From an uncultured delta proteobacterium (GTDB lineage Bacteria; Desulfobacterota; Syntrophorhabdia; Syntrophorhabdales; WCHB1-27), in NCBI GenBank assembly GCA_963810935.1, contig CAWEPK010000007.1:128001-192000 (forward strand): a stretch of DNA of 64,000 nucleotides, in the 5' to 3' direction. Each line of letters starts with the position of its first letter. Within the stretch, counting starts at the first letter, position 1. The notes under the pieces are model-generated. The model did not search any database. It worked only from the letters and a program-made list of their open reading frames with translations, and had not been told where the DNA came from. Both the position numbers and the translations under genes were made by a program. Of this stretch, positions 1 to 9,373 are shown in pieces.

Positions 1-158
1 TGCCAGTCGCCGGCGGCATAGACGGAGACCTGTGAATGCTGCGAGCTGTTCAACGGGACCTGCGTATACGGGCGGTTGGCGGGAAGGGCCATCGGGCATC
101 CCGCCAATAGCAGGGCCAGCAACGGTAGCGCCAGTGCGCGTCTCATCCATTCTTTCAT
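1..158 (-). CDS. Lipoprotein, N-terminal part only (runs off the left edge)
   Basis: Hand translation of the minus strand from ATG at 158 gives MKEWMRRALALPLLALLLAGCPMALPANRPYTQ..., a signal peptide with an LAGC lipobox. Open to the window edge; absent from the ORF track. Confidence 0.65.
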   Translation of the reverse strand, partial: MKEWMRRALALPLLALLLAGCPMALPANRPYTQVPLNSSQHSQVSVYAAGDW

Positions 159-365
159 GGAGCGGCTCCTTTGCCCGCCGGACAGTCGCATGTCCCCCAG
201 GCAGCGTGTCTTTGTCTCTGCACAATCTTACCGCCGCAGGGATAGCGAAAGCAATGAAGAAGTGCATCATTTCAGGACCAACCCGGCCAAGATAAGCCTC
301 CGCCTCCCTTTACAAGACAAGGTATCGGTCGCATGATCGTTGTATAGCTGCACAAAGGAGGCTAC

Positions 366-989
366 ATGGGACTTGCGAAACGCGATACATTCGACCATTC
401 ACTCGAGCCGGCCTTCGCCGCCGCCGGCTACTCGGAAGACGTCGTCCGGAAGGAGCTGGAGCCGAGGGCCGCCCTTCTTGCATTCAGGATCGTCGAGGCC
501 GCGGGCACGTGCCCTACCATGGCCATCGAGTTGCTCATGGGGTCGTCCATCCTCCAGGAGCCCGACCTCGACAACCGGGACAGGGCCATGATAATCATGA
601 TGGCCGGGCCGGTGCTTGCCGCCAACATCGTGAAACAGGCGATGGAGGACCCCGACGGTCTGCAGAAGGCATGCGTCAGCAGCCACGGGTTCGAGCATAA
701 CTCCGGCAAAGATCAGAACGAGGTGCTGAACCTGAGCCGCGCTAAATGGGATGACCTCGTCCGCTACAGCGACAGCAGGGTCTTCAAGGGGCGGGGGGAG
801 ATGAAGATATCGGAGATAGTCGAGAACATGGAAAAATTCCTCGACGATGAAGATCTGACGAAGCTTGAGAAGGCGATAGTCGAGGGGCTCGTCGTCAAGA
901 GGTCCGCGATGCTGGCGGCGGCCTCCATCGCCCATTCTTCGGGCATGATCGGCCCGCTGGCCGGAATAGGCGCTCCGGTTCCGGCCTGA
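366..989 (+). CDS. Hypothetical protein (207 aa)
   Basis: ATG preceded by AAGGAGG RBS; typical codon usage; no family recognised. Confidence 0.7.
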   Translation: MGLAKRDTFDHSLEPAFAAAGYSEDVVRKELEPRAALLAFRIVEAAGTCPTMAIELLMGSSILQEPDLDNRDRAMIIMMAGPVLAANIVKQAMEDPDGLQKACVSSHGFEHNSGKDQNEVLNLSRAKWDDLVRYSDSRVFKGRGEMKISEIVENMEKFLDDEDLTKLEKAIVEGLVVKRSAMLAAASIAHSSGMIGPLAGIGAPVPA

Positions 990-1025
990 CTCGCCTTGCG
1001 CTCTTTACGGTGCGGCGCGCGCTGC

Positions 1026-1373
1026 TTAGTCTGCCCCGCGCCGATGGCGCAGGATCCTGCCGATCATCAGCGGGGTGATGACGGCGATGCCGAGCGCGAT
1101 GGGGAGCAGGGGATACCTGGCCGCGACCCCTCGCGCCTTACGGGCGAGCGCGCACGTAGCGTTTAAGGCGGTGCCTGCCGCCTGCTTCGGTTTTTCGAGC
1201 GCGGTCTCCCGCACCTGCTCAAACGCCCTGTGCTTGAGCGCCTCAAAAGAGACGCGCTTCCTGATCTCCCGGACGGTCTGGAGCAGCTTCCCTTCCGCGT
1301 CCCTTATTTCGTTCTTCAGCATGTCGATCTCCTCTTCGCCGGCCGCAGCCTCCTCAGCGGTTCGTCCCGCCAT
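1026..1373 (-). CDS. Small membrane-anchored protein, DUF3618-like
   Basis: AAGGAGG RBS; N-terminal coiled segment EIDMLKNEIRDAEGKLLQTVREIRKRVS; C-terminal TM helix (YPLLPIALGIAVITPLMIG) with basic tail. Confidence 0.6.
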   Translation of the reverse strand: MAGRTAEEAAAGEEEIDMLKNEIRDAEGKLLQTVREIRKRVSFEALKHRAFEQVRETALEKPKQAAGTALNATCALARKARGVAARYPLLPIALGIAVITPLMIGRILRHRRGAD

Positions 1374-1403
1374 GGTCCCTCCTTTGGGTATTCAACTTGT
1401 GGA

Positions 1404-1427
1404 TTCCCTGCAGCTTGCTGCAGGGAA
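1404..1427. repeat. Isolated REP-like palindrome related to the 112-bp repeat core
   Basis: TTCCCTGCAGC-TT-GCTGCAGGGAA, a perfect 11-bp inverted repeat and a variant of the AATACCCTGCTGC-TT-GCAGCAGGGTATT hairpin at 1532 and 3981. Confidence 0.75.
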
Positions 1428-1451
1428 ACCTTTTTCCGCTTCGCTCCGTGA

Positions 1452-1563
1452 CAATTATTGGGGTTCAGCACCCCCCTCGCCGGGCAAAGCCCGGCGAGAC
1501 TCCCCGCTCGGCGCGGCGCTACGCTTGCTTTAATACCCTGCTGCTTGCAGCAGGGTATTTATT
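1452..1563. repeat. 112-bp palindromic intergenic repeat, copy 1
   Basis: Aligns end to end with 3901-4012. Contains hairpins CTCGCCGGGC-AAA-GCCCGGCGAG and AATACCCTGCTGC-TT-GCAGCAGGGTATT. Confidence 0.9.
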
Positions 1564-1886
1564 CTGCCTGTTTACACGCCTTGCCGCCGGTACGTGTGGA
1601 CACGACGCAGCGGCCGGGTCCATATGGCGTAATCTGACCACTATGTCGCGAAGAGTCAAGAGCGGGTCAGATTGAGCATACGCGGCGGGTCTGTCACATA
1701 ATCTTCTGTAATAACGCTAGTTTAGCTTGAGTTACCCCCTGTGCCCGTCTTAAAATTCGCTGGGCTGCAATATCAGCGCGCGAAGCAGGTGAGGTTAATC
1801 GGGCAGCCTGAAAAACGCCTCCCGAAGATCGATTTGTCAATGGCCCCCGGAGGGAAAGAAGGACGGAAACGGAAGGAGGTTTCTCG

Positions 1887-2630
1887 ATGTCGACGAGCGA
1901 AGAGGAGAAGAAGAAGAGGAAGCTGGCGGTCGTGCTGTTGTGTTGCCTGCTTGTCGTGCTGGTTGCGCTCGTGGCGTTGCCTGCATTGGCTACCACGTTT
2001 TACGCCACTCCTAACGACATACAGAGCTATCTCTCGGTCGATAACATCAGCAAGACGCTGGCCGGCTACGTCCATATAGGCGATGTACAGCCCAACAGCG
2101 GCCCCAGCCTGACGATAGGGACCGACACGCTTAACCCCGCAACCCCGACGGCCTACCTCAACCTGACGTTTACCGACAACCTGACTAACCAGACGTACAC
2201 GCCCGCCGGCACCGGCAGGGGCGGCAGCACCCTGCCCGCCCAGTATACCTATTCCCTCGCTTCGGGCGGCTCGATCATGCTCAACGGGTATATCAACGGC
2301 CAGTACATACAGCTCAGCGGGACCTTCAGTCCCACCGGGGGTGATCTGGTAACGGTGAAAGACCCGGGCGGCCCGAATGAATCAGAGACGATGATTGCCC
2401 ATTACAACGGCTCTCTCAATCAGTCCCTCGCGATGGCTCTCGGCCTGCCGGCCAGCACCTTCACCGGAGGCCTTATCCAGATGGAGAACGACCTAGCCGC
2501 TTTCGCTTCAGGCTCGATGACCCTCGGCACGGCCGAGACCCAGGCCTCCCCGGCGGCCGTCCCTCCGGGTTTCTACCTCTTCACCACGGCGCTCTTCGTA
2601 ATGGCGGCCATAAGAAAAAGACTGAGGTGA
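1887..2630 (+). CDS. Exported protein with a PEP-CTERM/VPLPA-like C-terminal sorting signal
   Basis: AAGGAGG RBS; N-terminal basic cluster plus hydrophobic signal; Thr/Gly/Asn-rich body; C-terminus SPAAVPPGFYLFTTALFVMAAIRKRLR (Pro motif, TM helix, basic cluster). Confidence 0.7.
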   Translation: MSTSEEEKKKRKLAVVLLCCLLVVLVALVALPALATTFYATPNDIQSYLSVDNISKTLAGYVHIGDVQPNSGPSLTIGTDTLNPATPTAYLNLTFTDNLTNQTYTPAGTGRGGSTLPAQYTYSLASGGSIMLNGYINGQYIQLSGTFSPTGGDLVTVKDPGGPNESETMIAHYNGSLNQSLAMALGLPASTFTGGLIQMENDLAAFASGSMTLGTAETQASPAAVPPGFYLFTTALFVMAAIRKRLR

Positions 2631-2651
2631 CGGGCCGTGCCTTCAGCAAAT

Positions 2652-2687
2652 CCCGGGCGCGGACATACGGTCGGTCCCGCGCCCGGG
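2652..2687 (+). terminator. GC-rich hairpin after the CDS (possible terminator)
   Basis: CCCGGGCGCGG...CCGCGCCCGGG inverted repeat ~20 nt after the stop; lacks a clear U-tract. Confidence 0.4.
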
Positions 2688-2887
2688 TCCATTCACCCTC
2701 CCATGCGTCCTTGCCCGAATGTTGACAAAACCATTTCACATGAAGTATAGATGAAAGTGTTTTCGTTCCTTGTTTTTCAATGCTGTTTGGGGCAAAACAC
2801 GCAATATTGTTCAGATCTTCCCGGCCGGGCCTGAGGCCGACACTTGTTCCGCAGGGCAGCCGGAGAGACAATCCATGAGGTGGATGC

Positions 2888-3898
2888 ATGAGAAAACTTT
2901 ACATTATCGCAGTAATGGCAACGGCGTTCCTCTTTGCTTCATCGTTCTGTCTGGCGGAGGAGCATCCGGCCAAGCCCGCTCCGAAGCCGGCGCCCGCAGC
3001 TAAACCGCCGGCGCCCGCACAGCAACCCAAGCCGCAGCAGCCGGGGATTAAGCCCGTGCAGCAGCCTGTCGGGCCGCAGCAGCATCAGCCGGGGGTAAAA
3101 CCCCAGCAGCCTGTCGGGCCGCAGGTTCCTGGAAAAGTCGAGCCGATGAAACCGCAGCAGCCGGGGATTAAGCCCGTGCAGCGTCCGGAAGGGCCGCAGG
3201 TTCAGGGGAAGCCTGAGCCGGTGAGGCCGCAGCCTCCTCAGATGAGGCCGCAGCCTCCACGCTCCCCGGCAGGCCCAGGCCCGCAGGTCAGGCCAGGCGA
3301 GCGCCCCCCGAGGGTCATCGGCAATACGCACCCGGTGGACAGGGCAGTGCTGCATGAGCAGATGAGGGCCCCCATCCGCAGGGAAGACGCCAGGCTGGCG
3401 GCCGAAAGGTACCGCCATGAGGAGCGCACGCGCTTCGTGAGGCACGTGGAGCCTCTAAGGTTCAGGCCCGAGAACAGGGCGATGCTTCACATGATCAGGA
3501 TCGTCCCGGGTACGTACTATTACCGGCGCAACATGTTCTACGATACCTACGCCTGGGGACCGCCGCCGTACGTCTATAACCTTGCGCCGAGGTACGGTCT
3601 CTTCGACGCGGTGTTCCTTGCGTTCATGGTGGACCACGTAGCGGAGCGGGAGTACGCGCTCATGTACTATAACCACCAGAATGATGAGGCGTTTGTCCAG
3701 TGGCGGCAGCAGATGGACCAGATGGCGGCAGACAACGCAGAGCTGAGAGCGAAGCTGGCGACGATGGACCAGCAAGTGGTGCAGCTCCAGAGCCAGGGGA
3801 CGCCCCAGGACCCGAACTATGTACCGGAGTCGGCGCAGGACGTGGCCCTGTCCTCGGACGTGATCGACCAGTTGACTCAGCCTCAGCCTCAGCAGTAG
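2888..3898 (+). CDS. Secreted Pro/Gln-rich hypothetical protein with helical C-terminal domain
   Basis: Sec signal (..ASSFCLA-EEH); PQQPGIKPVQ repeats (31-bp exact DNA repeat at 3032-3062 and 3152-3182); C-terminal coiled-coil region. Confidence 0.8.
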   Translation: MRKLYIIAVMATAFLFASSFCLAEEHPAKPAPKPAPAAKPPAPAQQPKPQQPGIKPVQQPVGPQQHQPGVKPQQPVGPQVPGKVEPMKPQQPGIKPVQRPEGPQVQGKPEPVRPQPPQMRPQPPRSPAGPGPQVRPGERPPRVIGNTHPVDRAVLHEQMRAPIRREDARLAAERYRHEERTRFVRHVEPLRFRPENRAMLHMIRIVPGTYYYRRNMFYDTYAWGPPPYVYNLAPRYGLFDAVFLAFMVDHVAEREYALMYYNHQNDEAFVQWRQQMDQMAADNAELRAKLATMDQQVVQLQSQGTPQDPNYVPESAQDVALSSDVIDQLTQPQPQQ

Positions 3899-3900
3899 GG

Positions 3901-4012
3901 CAATCATTGGGGCTCAGCGCCCCCTCCACCGGCAAAGCCGGCGGAGCCTCCCCCCTCTGCGCGGCGCATTCGCTTGCTTTAATACCCTGCTGCTTGCAGC
4001 AGGGTATTCATT
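3901..4012. repeat. 112-bp palindromic intergenic repeat, copy 2
   Basis: Direct-orientation homologue of 1452-1563; the CGCTTGCTTTAATACCCTGCTGCTTGCAGCAGGGTATT block is identical. Confidence 0.9.
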
Positions 4013-4028
4013 AAAGATTTTTGCATTT

Positions 4029-4071
4029 CCCGTAAGCCCGGCGGCTTTTTCGAGAGCGCCGGGCTTACGGG
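4029..4071. terminator. Strong hairpin between convergent genes
   Basis: Perfect 15-bp inverted repeat CCCGTAAGCCCGGCG / CGCCGGGCTTACGGG adjacent to the kinase stop codon. Confidence 0.65.
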
Positions 4072-4072
4072 C

Positions 4073-7000
4073 TTATCTATCCAGCACGTCTCTGACCGTA
4101 GAGAGCAGTTTCGACACGGCGACGGGCTTCTGCAGAAAATCGACGCTGTCCTTTCTTACGCCCTTGTCCAGCACGATGTCGCCCGTATATCCGCTGACGA
4201 AGATGACCTTCGCAGACGGGTCGATGCGCGTCATCTCGTCGAAGACCTCCTTGCCGTTCTTACCCGGTATAACGACGTCCAGGATGACGAGGTCGATTGC
4301 CTCCCTGTGCTTGTTGAAGACCCGCATGGCGTCGCCGCCGTCAACGGCCTCCAGCGTCCTGTAGCCGTTGCTTAGAAGCACCCGCGTCATCATGCTCCGC
4401 ACGCCGGCGTCGTCTTCGACGACGAGGATCGTCTCGGAGCCCCCCTTGACCTCGACGCCTTCCGACGCCGCCTGGCGGTCCTCCGAATCGACCAGCGGAA
4501 GGTATACGTCGAAAGTGGCGCCCCGGCCGGGCATGCTGTCGACCGCGACGTACCCGCCGTGCTGCTTCACTATGCCGTAAACGCTCGAAAGACCAAGCCC
4601 CGTCCCTTTGCCCACTTCTTTGGTCGTGAAGAACGGGTCGAAGATACGGGCCACGGTCTTTTCGTCCATGCCGACCCCGGTATCGGAGACGGATATGAGG
4701 GCGTACCTGCCCGGCCTCCCGAAGCCGTGCGCTTTTTTGAACTTCTGGTCGAGGGCGACCGTTTTTATGGTGATGGTGAAACGCCCGCCGTTCGGCATGG
4801 CGTCCCTGGCGTTGGTGGCGAGGTTCATCAGGACCTGGTCTATCTGGGAGATATCGAGCATGGTGAATATCTCGTGGTCGGCCGTGTTTACCTTCAGCTC
4901 GACGTCCTCAGGCAAAAGCCTTTTGAGCAGCTTTGCCGTGCTTCGGACGACTGCGTTGACGTCGTGCGACCTCAGGTCCACCTGCTGTTTCCGGCTGAAG
5001 GCCAGGAGACTTTGGGTAAGCTCGGCCGCCCGTTCGGACGAGACGACTATCTGGTCGACGTGCGGCCGTATGCGGTCGTCGGGGCCGACCGTCATCTGGA
5101 TGAGGTTGGAGAGGCCCATGATGACGGCGAGGATGTTGTTGAAGTCGTGGGCCACGCCGCCCGCCAGCGTCCCTATGGCCTCCATCTTCTGCGCCTGGCG
5201 GAGCTGCGCCTCGAGGTTCTTATTCTCGGTGACGTCCCGCAGGTAGGCGAGGTGGGCCGGTTTTCCGAGGTACGTCACGTTGGCGACGGAGACCTCCAGG
5301 TACATGGTCGCGCCGTTTTTCCCGATCCCCTTGCACTCGTAAAAGGGCGGAGCGTATTCGCCTCTTTCCCTCCGGGCGGTGTACCCGGCCACCATTTCAC
5401 GGTCCAGCGGGTCGATCCTCTGGAAGCGGTCGGTACACTGCGCCTCCTCAAGCTCCTCATAGTCGAACATGTCGAGGAAGCGCTTGTTGGCGTAAACGAT
5501 ATCCGGTCCCACGTAGAGCACGACGCCGTCGTTCGAGCTTTCTATCGCCACCCGGTAGCGCTCTTCGGATTCACGCAGCGTTTTTTCCGTGCGCCTCTGC
5601 TCCGTCACGTCCTTTATCGATTGGATGGCGCCGATGATGTTACCCCCTGCGTCGTAAAAGGGGGCGGCTACGGCCAGGAGGTTCCTCGATTTGCCCCCGA
5701 CCGTCAGCAGGGCATAGTGCTCCACGTAAATGGTGCGGCCCGCCTTCTGAAAGAAATCGTACGATTTCGCGTAGTCATCATCCTCGCTGAACACGAGGTC
5801 AACGGCGAGGCGCCGGGGCTCGCCGTAGAAAGGCCTGCCGTACGCGTGGTCGCCTTTTCCAAGCATCTGCTCCTTCTTAAAGCCGGTCATCTCTTCGATG
5901 GCCTGGTTCCAGGCGATTATCTTCTTGTCGCTGTCGATGACGAAAGTGGCGTCGGGGAGGAATTCAATGACGTCGGTGAGACGCTGGTTCAGGTTGCGCA
6001 GGTCCTCTTCCGCGCGCTTGCGGTCGGTGATGTCCTGCACGGTAAAGACTATGCCGTCCGAGATGTCTTTCGGGTTGATGGGGGCGGCGGAGAGCCGCAC
6101 TTCGAGGATCTCCCCGTCCTTGCGCATGAACCGGGTGTCAATGGTCCCTATGCGGCCGTGCCATACCTCATCGCGCAGCATGCCCCCCACGCTGTCGAAT
6201 TCCTCGTCCGTCGGGTATGCGAGGCGGGCCGACTTGCCCGTCATCTCGTCGATATCACAGCCCCACAACGAGGCCAGCCGGTCGTTCATCCAGAGGATGA
6301 TCCTTTCGGGGGTGCTCACGGCGATGCCGATGGGGGAAGCGGAAGCGATGGACCGGAGCAGGGCCATGCTCTTGTCGATTGTCTCCTGCGCCCTCTTTTG
6401 CTCGGTGATATCCTGGTTGGCGCCATAGTAGCGGGTCACATTGCCTTGCTCGCCCCGGTTTATGTACGTCCGGGTATATACGTACCGCACATCGCCGTCC
6501 CTCCTCACGATGCGGTGCACGCCGTCAACCTGGAACTCCTTCGCCATGTTGGTCTCGCGCCGTCGCCTGAAGTCGTCGAAGATACACGTGTCGTCCGGAT
6601 GCATGAACCTTTTGCCGTAATCGTCCCTGGACATCCGGTAGCCGCCCTCGGCTTCCGCGGTAGTGCCGTAGAAGGCGTAGAAGGTATCGTTGAAGACGAA
6701 CTCTTCGGTCGCAGGATCGACTTCCCAGTAAACGAGCTTGGCAAGGTCCATGGCTTCCGACAGCTTGAGCTGGCTGGTGCGCAGCGCCTCCTGGGCCCGC
6801 TTTTGCTCGGTGACGTCCTTGATCATGCCCTCGTAGTATACGATCCTTCCCGCCTCGTCCTTGACCGCGCGCGTGGACAGCGACAAGTGGCAGGTGCTTC
6901 TGTCTTTGCGGTACTGCTCCGCTTCGAAGACGACCGCGTTATCCTTCGTTAGAATGTTTACGTAACGCATCCTTTCTTCATGGCTGACCCAGAGCTTCTT

Positions 7001-7789
7001 CCCGATATCATCTACGTCGCGCATCATTTCTTCCGGGCTGTCATAACCGTGGATGCGGGCGAGGGCAGGGTTCACGCTAAGGAGCCTGCCGTCGCCGGTA
7101 CTCTGGAAGATGCCTTCCAGCGCGTTCTCGAAGATGCTCCGGTATTTCTGCTCGCTCTTCTGGAGCGCTTCTTCCGCCTGCTTGCGCTCCGAGATGTCGC
7201 GCAGGATGCCTGCTACGCCGGAAATGTAGCCGTCTTCGTCCATTATGAGACGGGAGCTGACGGAAAGGAAGAAAATGGTCCCGTCTTTCTTCCTGAGCGC
7301 GACTTCATAGTCGTTCACGCGTTTCTCTCGCATGAGACGTGCCATCATCGCGTCTCTGTCTGCCGGGTCCGCGTAAACGTCGATTACCGGTTTTCCCACA
7401 AGCTCTTCGGGCCGCCATCCGGCCACGTGATATGCCGAGGGCGAGAGCGCCGTCAGGGTGCCCTCTGCGTCGGTCTCGTAGTAAACGTCCTCCATGGACT
7501 CGAAAATGTGCCTGTATTTCGCTTCGCTTTGCTTTAGGGCTTCATTGGTTTTTTCAAGCTCGCGGCCCCGCTCGGCCATCATTTCCTCGATGGCCTTGAA
7601 ACGGTTGGCGCCCGCGCGGAGGTATTTAACCAGGAAGGCGGTCAGGACCGCCCCGGCCAAAAGGACCGTCCAGGCGCCGTAAGCGCCCCAGGTCCGCTTT
7701 TCGATGGCTGCGAAGAGGCATAAGGAAAGGAGCACGCAGCAGGTCGCGATGCCGGCAGGAAGGTAAATTCTGAGGGCTTTCGAAGACAT
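4073..7789 (-). CDS. Multi-PAS hybrid sensor histidine kinase with C-terminal receiver
   Basis: About six PAS/PAC repeats (..DISERK, DVTEQK, DITEQK, DITDRK); H-box AGGVAHDFNNIL; N-box QVLMNLATNARDAM; FDPFFTTK; GTGLGL; REC domain (ILVVEDD...LDVVIPGKNG...KP). Confidence 0.95.
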   Translation of the reverse strand: MSSKALRIYLPAGIATCCVLLSLCLFAAIEKRTWGAYGAWTVLLAGAVLTAFLVKYLRAGANRFKAIEEMMAERGRELEKTNEALKQSEAKYRHIFESMEDVYYETDAEGTLTALSPSAYHVAGWRPEELVGKPVIDVYADPADRDAMMARLMREKRVNDYEVALRKKDGTIFFLSVSSRLIMDEDGYISGVAGILRDISERKQAEEALQKSEQKYRSIFENALEGIFQSTGDGRLLSVNPALARIHGYDSPEEMMRDVDDIGKKLWVSHEERMRYVNILTKDNAVVFEAEQYRKDRSTCHLSLSTRAVKDEAGRIVYYEGMIKDVTEQKRAQEALRTSQLKLSEAMDLAKLVYWEVDPATEEFVFNDTFYAFYGTTAEAEGGYRMSRDDYGKRFMHPDDTCIFDDFRRRRETNMAKEFQVDGVHRIVRRDGDVRYVYTRTYINRGEQGNVTRYYGANQDITEQKRAQETIDKSMALLRSIASASPIGIAVSTPERIILWMNDRLASLWGCDIDEMTGKSARLAYPTDEEFDSVGGMLRDEVWHGRIGTIDTRFMRKDGEILEVRLSAAPINPKDISDGIVFTVQDITDRKRAEEDLRNLNQRLTDVIEFLPDATFVIDSDKKIIAWNQAIEEMTGFKKEQMLGKGDHAYGRPFYGEPRRLAVDLVFSEDDDYAKSYDFFQKAGRTIYVEHYALLTVGGKSRNLLAVAAPFYDAGGNIIGAIQSIKDVTEQRRTEKTLRESEERYRVAIESSNDGVVLYVGPDIVYANKRFLDMFDYEELEEAQCTDRFQRIDPLDREMVAGYTARRERGEYAPPFYECKGIGKNGATMYLEVSVANVTYLGKPAHLAYLRDVTENKNLEAQLRQAQKMEAIGTLAGGVAHDFNNILAVIMGLSNLIQMTVGPDDRIRPHVDQIVVSSERAAELTQSLLAFSRKQQVDLRSHDVNAVVRSTAKLLKRLLPEDVELKVNTADHEIFTMLDISQIDQVLMNLATNARDAMPNGGRFTITIKTVALDQKFKKAHGFGRPGRYALISVSDTGVGMDEKTVARIFDPFFTTKEVGKGTGLGLSSVYGIVKQHGGYVAVDSMPGRGATFDVYLPLVDSEDRQAASEGVEVKGGSETILVVEDDAGVRSMMTRVLLSNGYRTLEAVDGGDAMRVFNKHREAIDLVILDVVIPGKNGKEVFDEMTRIDPSAKVIFVSGYTGDIVLDKGVRKDSVDFLQKPVAVSKLLSTVRDVLDR

Positions 7790-8189
7790 TCTTTCCTCCT
7801 TTTCTGTTCTCGTGCTCCGCGCGAGGGTGCAGGGTGAGGGGACGCCCCAGGGAAAGGAGTACCTCGCCGGTCTTCGACCGCATGTCTAATGATTAACATC
7901 TGCAGTGTTCCCGGCACAAGAGAAATCTGTCCTGCGGGCCTTGCGACGTCCCTGTCCGCCGGACTTTCCAGCCTGAACGGGCGAGGGGCCTCGCGGCCCT
8001 CGCGAACGCCCAGCCGCCGTCGGCAGGGTACGTCCCTGATACCTCTGCCGCCCCTGGGGGCGATAGTTTAAAGGCGGGAAGACGGACGGGGCTCCGAGAC
8101 GCATCTTCGGGCGAAGAAGCCGTCTTGGATGGCTTCAAAGCCGGAAGAACGGAGAACGCGGCCCGACCGGAACAACTGAGCGAAACGTT

Positions 8190-8972
8190 TCATTTGACCT
8201 CGATCTTAATAAGTATGTCTTCGGTCGAGGGGGTGGGCCTGCCATTTCTTATCGCCGGCATGAACCGCCACTTTTTGAGACTTTCCAGCAAGATGCGATT
8301 GAGGCGCGGATTTGGGGTCGGTCTGGCGAGTTCCACCGTTGCACTGCCGTCGACGGCTACGTGGAACCGCGCCAGGGCGACCGAATTGAACGCCTCCTCC
8401 CTTAGGTCATCGGGGATCTGGGGCATATGCCGGATGATCGCCCGGGCGCCGCTGCTCGCAAACATATTGCCGCCGCCCGTTCCACCGCCCGGCCCTCCCT
8501 GGCCGCCGCCGGTGGCGCTCCCGGATGCGCGCCCGCCGCCCGGACCTGACCATGCCATACCGGACGGGTCCTTTCCGGTACCGGCCTGTCCTTCACTGGG
8601 TGCGGAAGGCACCTCGACGTTATTCCTTGGTGCGATGTCCGGCCTGAGGGATGGCGCATTCTGCTCGGCGGGCCGGCTCGCCGGCAGGGGCGCCTCGGGG
8701 GCGGACGGTCTCGCCTGTTGTTTGGGCTTGGGCTGGTGCGGGGCGGCAGGCTTACCCGGCGGACCGCTCCGGGTTGCGGCCGGGGCGGGCTGCTCGATGA
8801 GCTGGGCCTCCAGCCCTAGCGGCTCTTCTTGCCTGCCGGCGGGCTTCTCCATAAAACAGGCAAAAACCCACATAGCCGCCGCGCAGATCAGAAGGGCAAG
8901 GGGCAACGTCCAGCGAAGACGGCTCCAGGGGCTATCGGCATTCAAAGCAGCAAACAAGCAGGCACCCCTCAA
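8190..8972 (-). CDS. tonB: Energy transducer TonB
   Basis: N-terminal TM, Pro/Gly-rich linker, C-terminal TonB domain (ARFHVAVDG...LKKWRFMPA); last gene of the exbB-exbD operon. Start codon uncertain. Confidence 0.85.
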   Translation of the reverse strand: MRGACLFAALNADSPWSRLRWTLPLALLICAAAMWVFACFMEKPAGRQEEPLGLEAQLIEQPAPAATRSGPPGKPAAPHQPKPKQQARPSAPEAPLPASRPAEQNAPSLRPDIAPRNNVEVPSAPSEGQAGTGKDPSGMAWSGPGGGRASGSATGGGQGGPGGGTGGGNMFASSGARAIIRHMPQIPDDLREEAFNSVALARFHVAVDGSATVELARPTPNPRLNRILLESLKKWRFMPAIRNGRPTPSTEDILIKIEVK

Positions 8973-9373
8973 TCAGCATGTTTGACGGCTATCAGGAAGC
9001 GCTGCACCCCCGCCAGGCGGGCTTGCAGCATCGCCTCGACAATCACGCCGTGCGTCGCGTTCCTATCGGCCGCTACAATGACGTTCGAATCCGTGCCCTT
9101 GAGCATGGTCTTCAGGGTCGGGGCAAGCGTTTCCAGAGTCACGGGCGTCTTGTCGAGCAGTATGCGGCTGTCCCTCGTCACGGTCAGCGTCACCGGGTCC
9201 TTCGGTTGCATTAGCGCGGCGTGCCCCTGCGGCAGGTTGACGGCCATCGAATGCAGATTCTGCATGGAGAGGGATGCGAGCATGAACGTGACGAGGAGAA
9301 AGAACATCACGTCGATCATCGGGATGATCTCGATGCGTCCGCGCTTGTACTGGCGGGATTTACGGAATTTCAT
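8969..9373 (-). CDS. exbD: Biopolymer transport protein ExbD
   Basis: IEIIPMIDVMFFLLVTFM motif and ADR..HG.IV; ATG at 9373 with GGAAGG RBS. Confidence 0.92.
   Translation of the reverse strand: MKFRKSRQYKRGRIEIIPMIDVMFFLLVTFMLASLSMQNLHSMAVNLPQGHAALMQPKDPVTLTVTRDSRILLDKTPVTLETLAPTLKTMLKGTDSNVIVAADRNATHGVIVEAMLQARLAGVQRFLIAVKHAD

Noticed and set aside
4559..6952. Long antisense ORFs (797 aa here; also 12913-14466, 29821-31521, 47920-49368 and others)
   Set aside because: They mirror well-supported genes on the opposite strand, have no motifs, and are the expected shadow ORFs of GC-rich codon usage.
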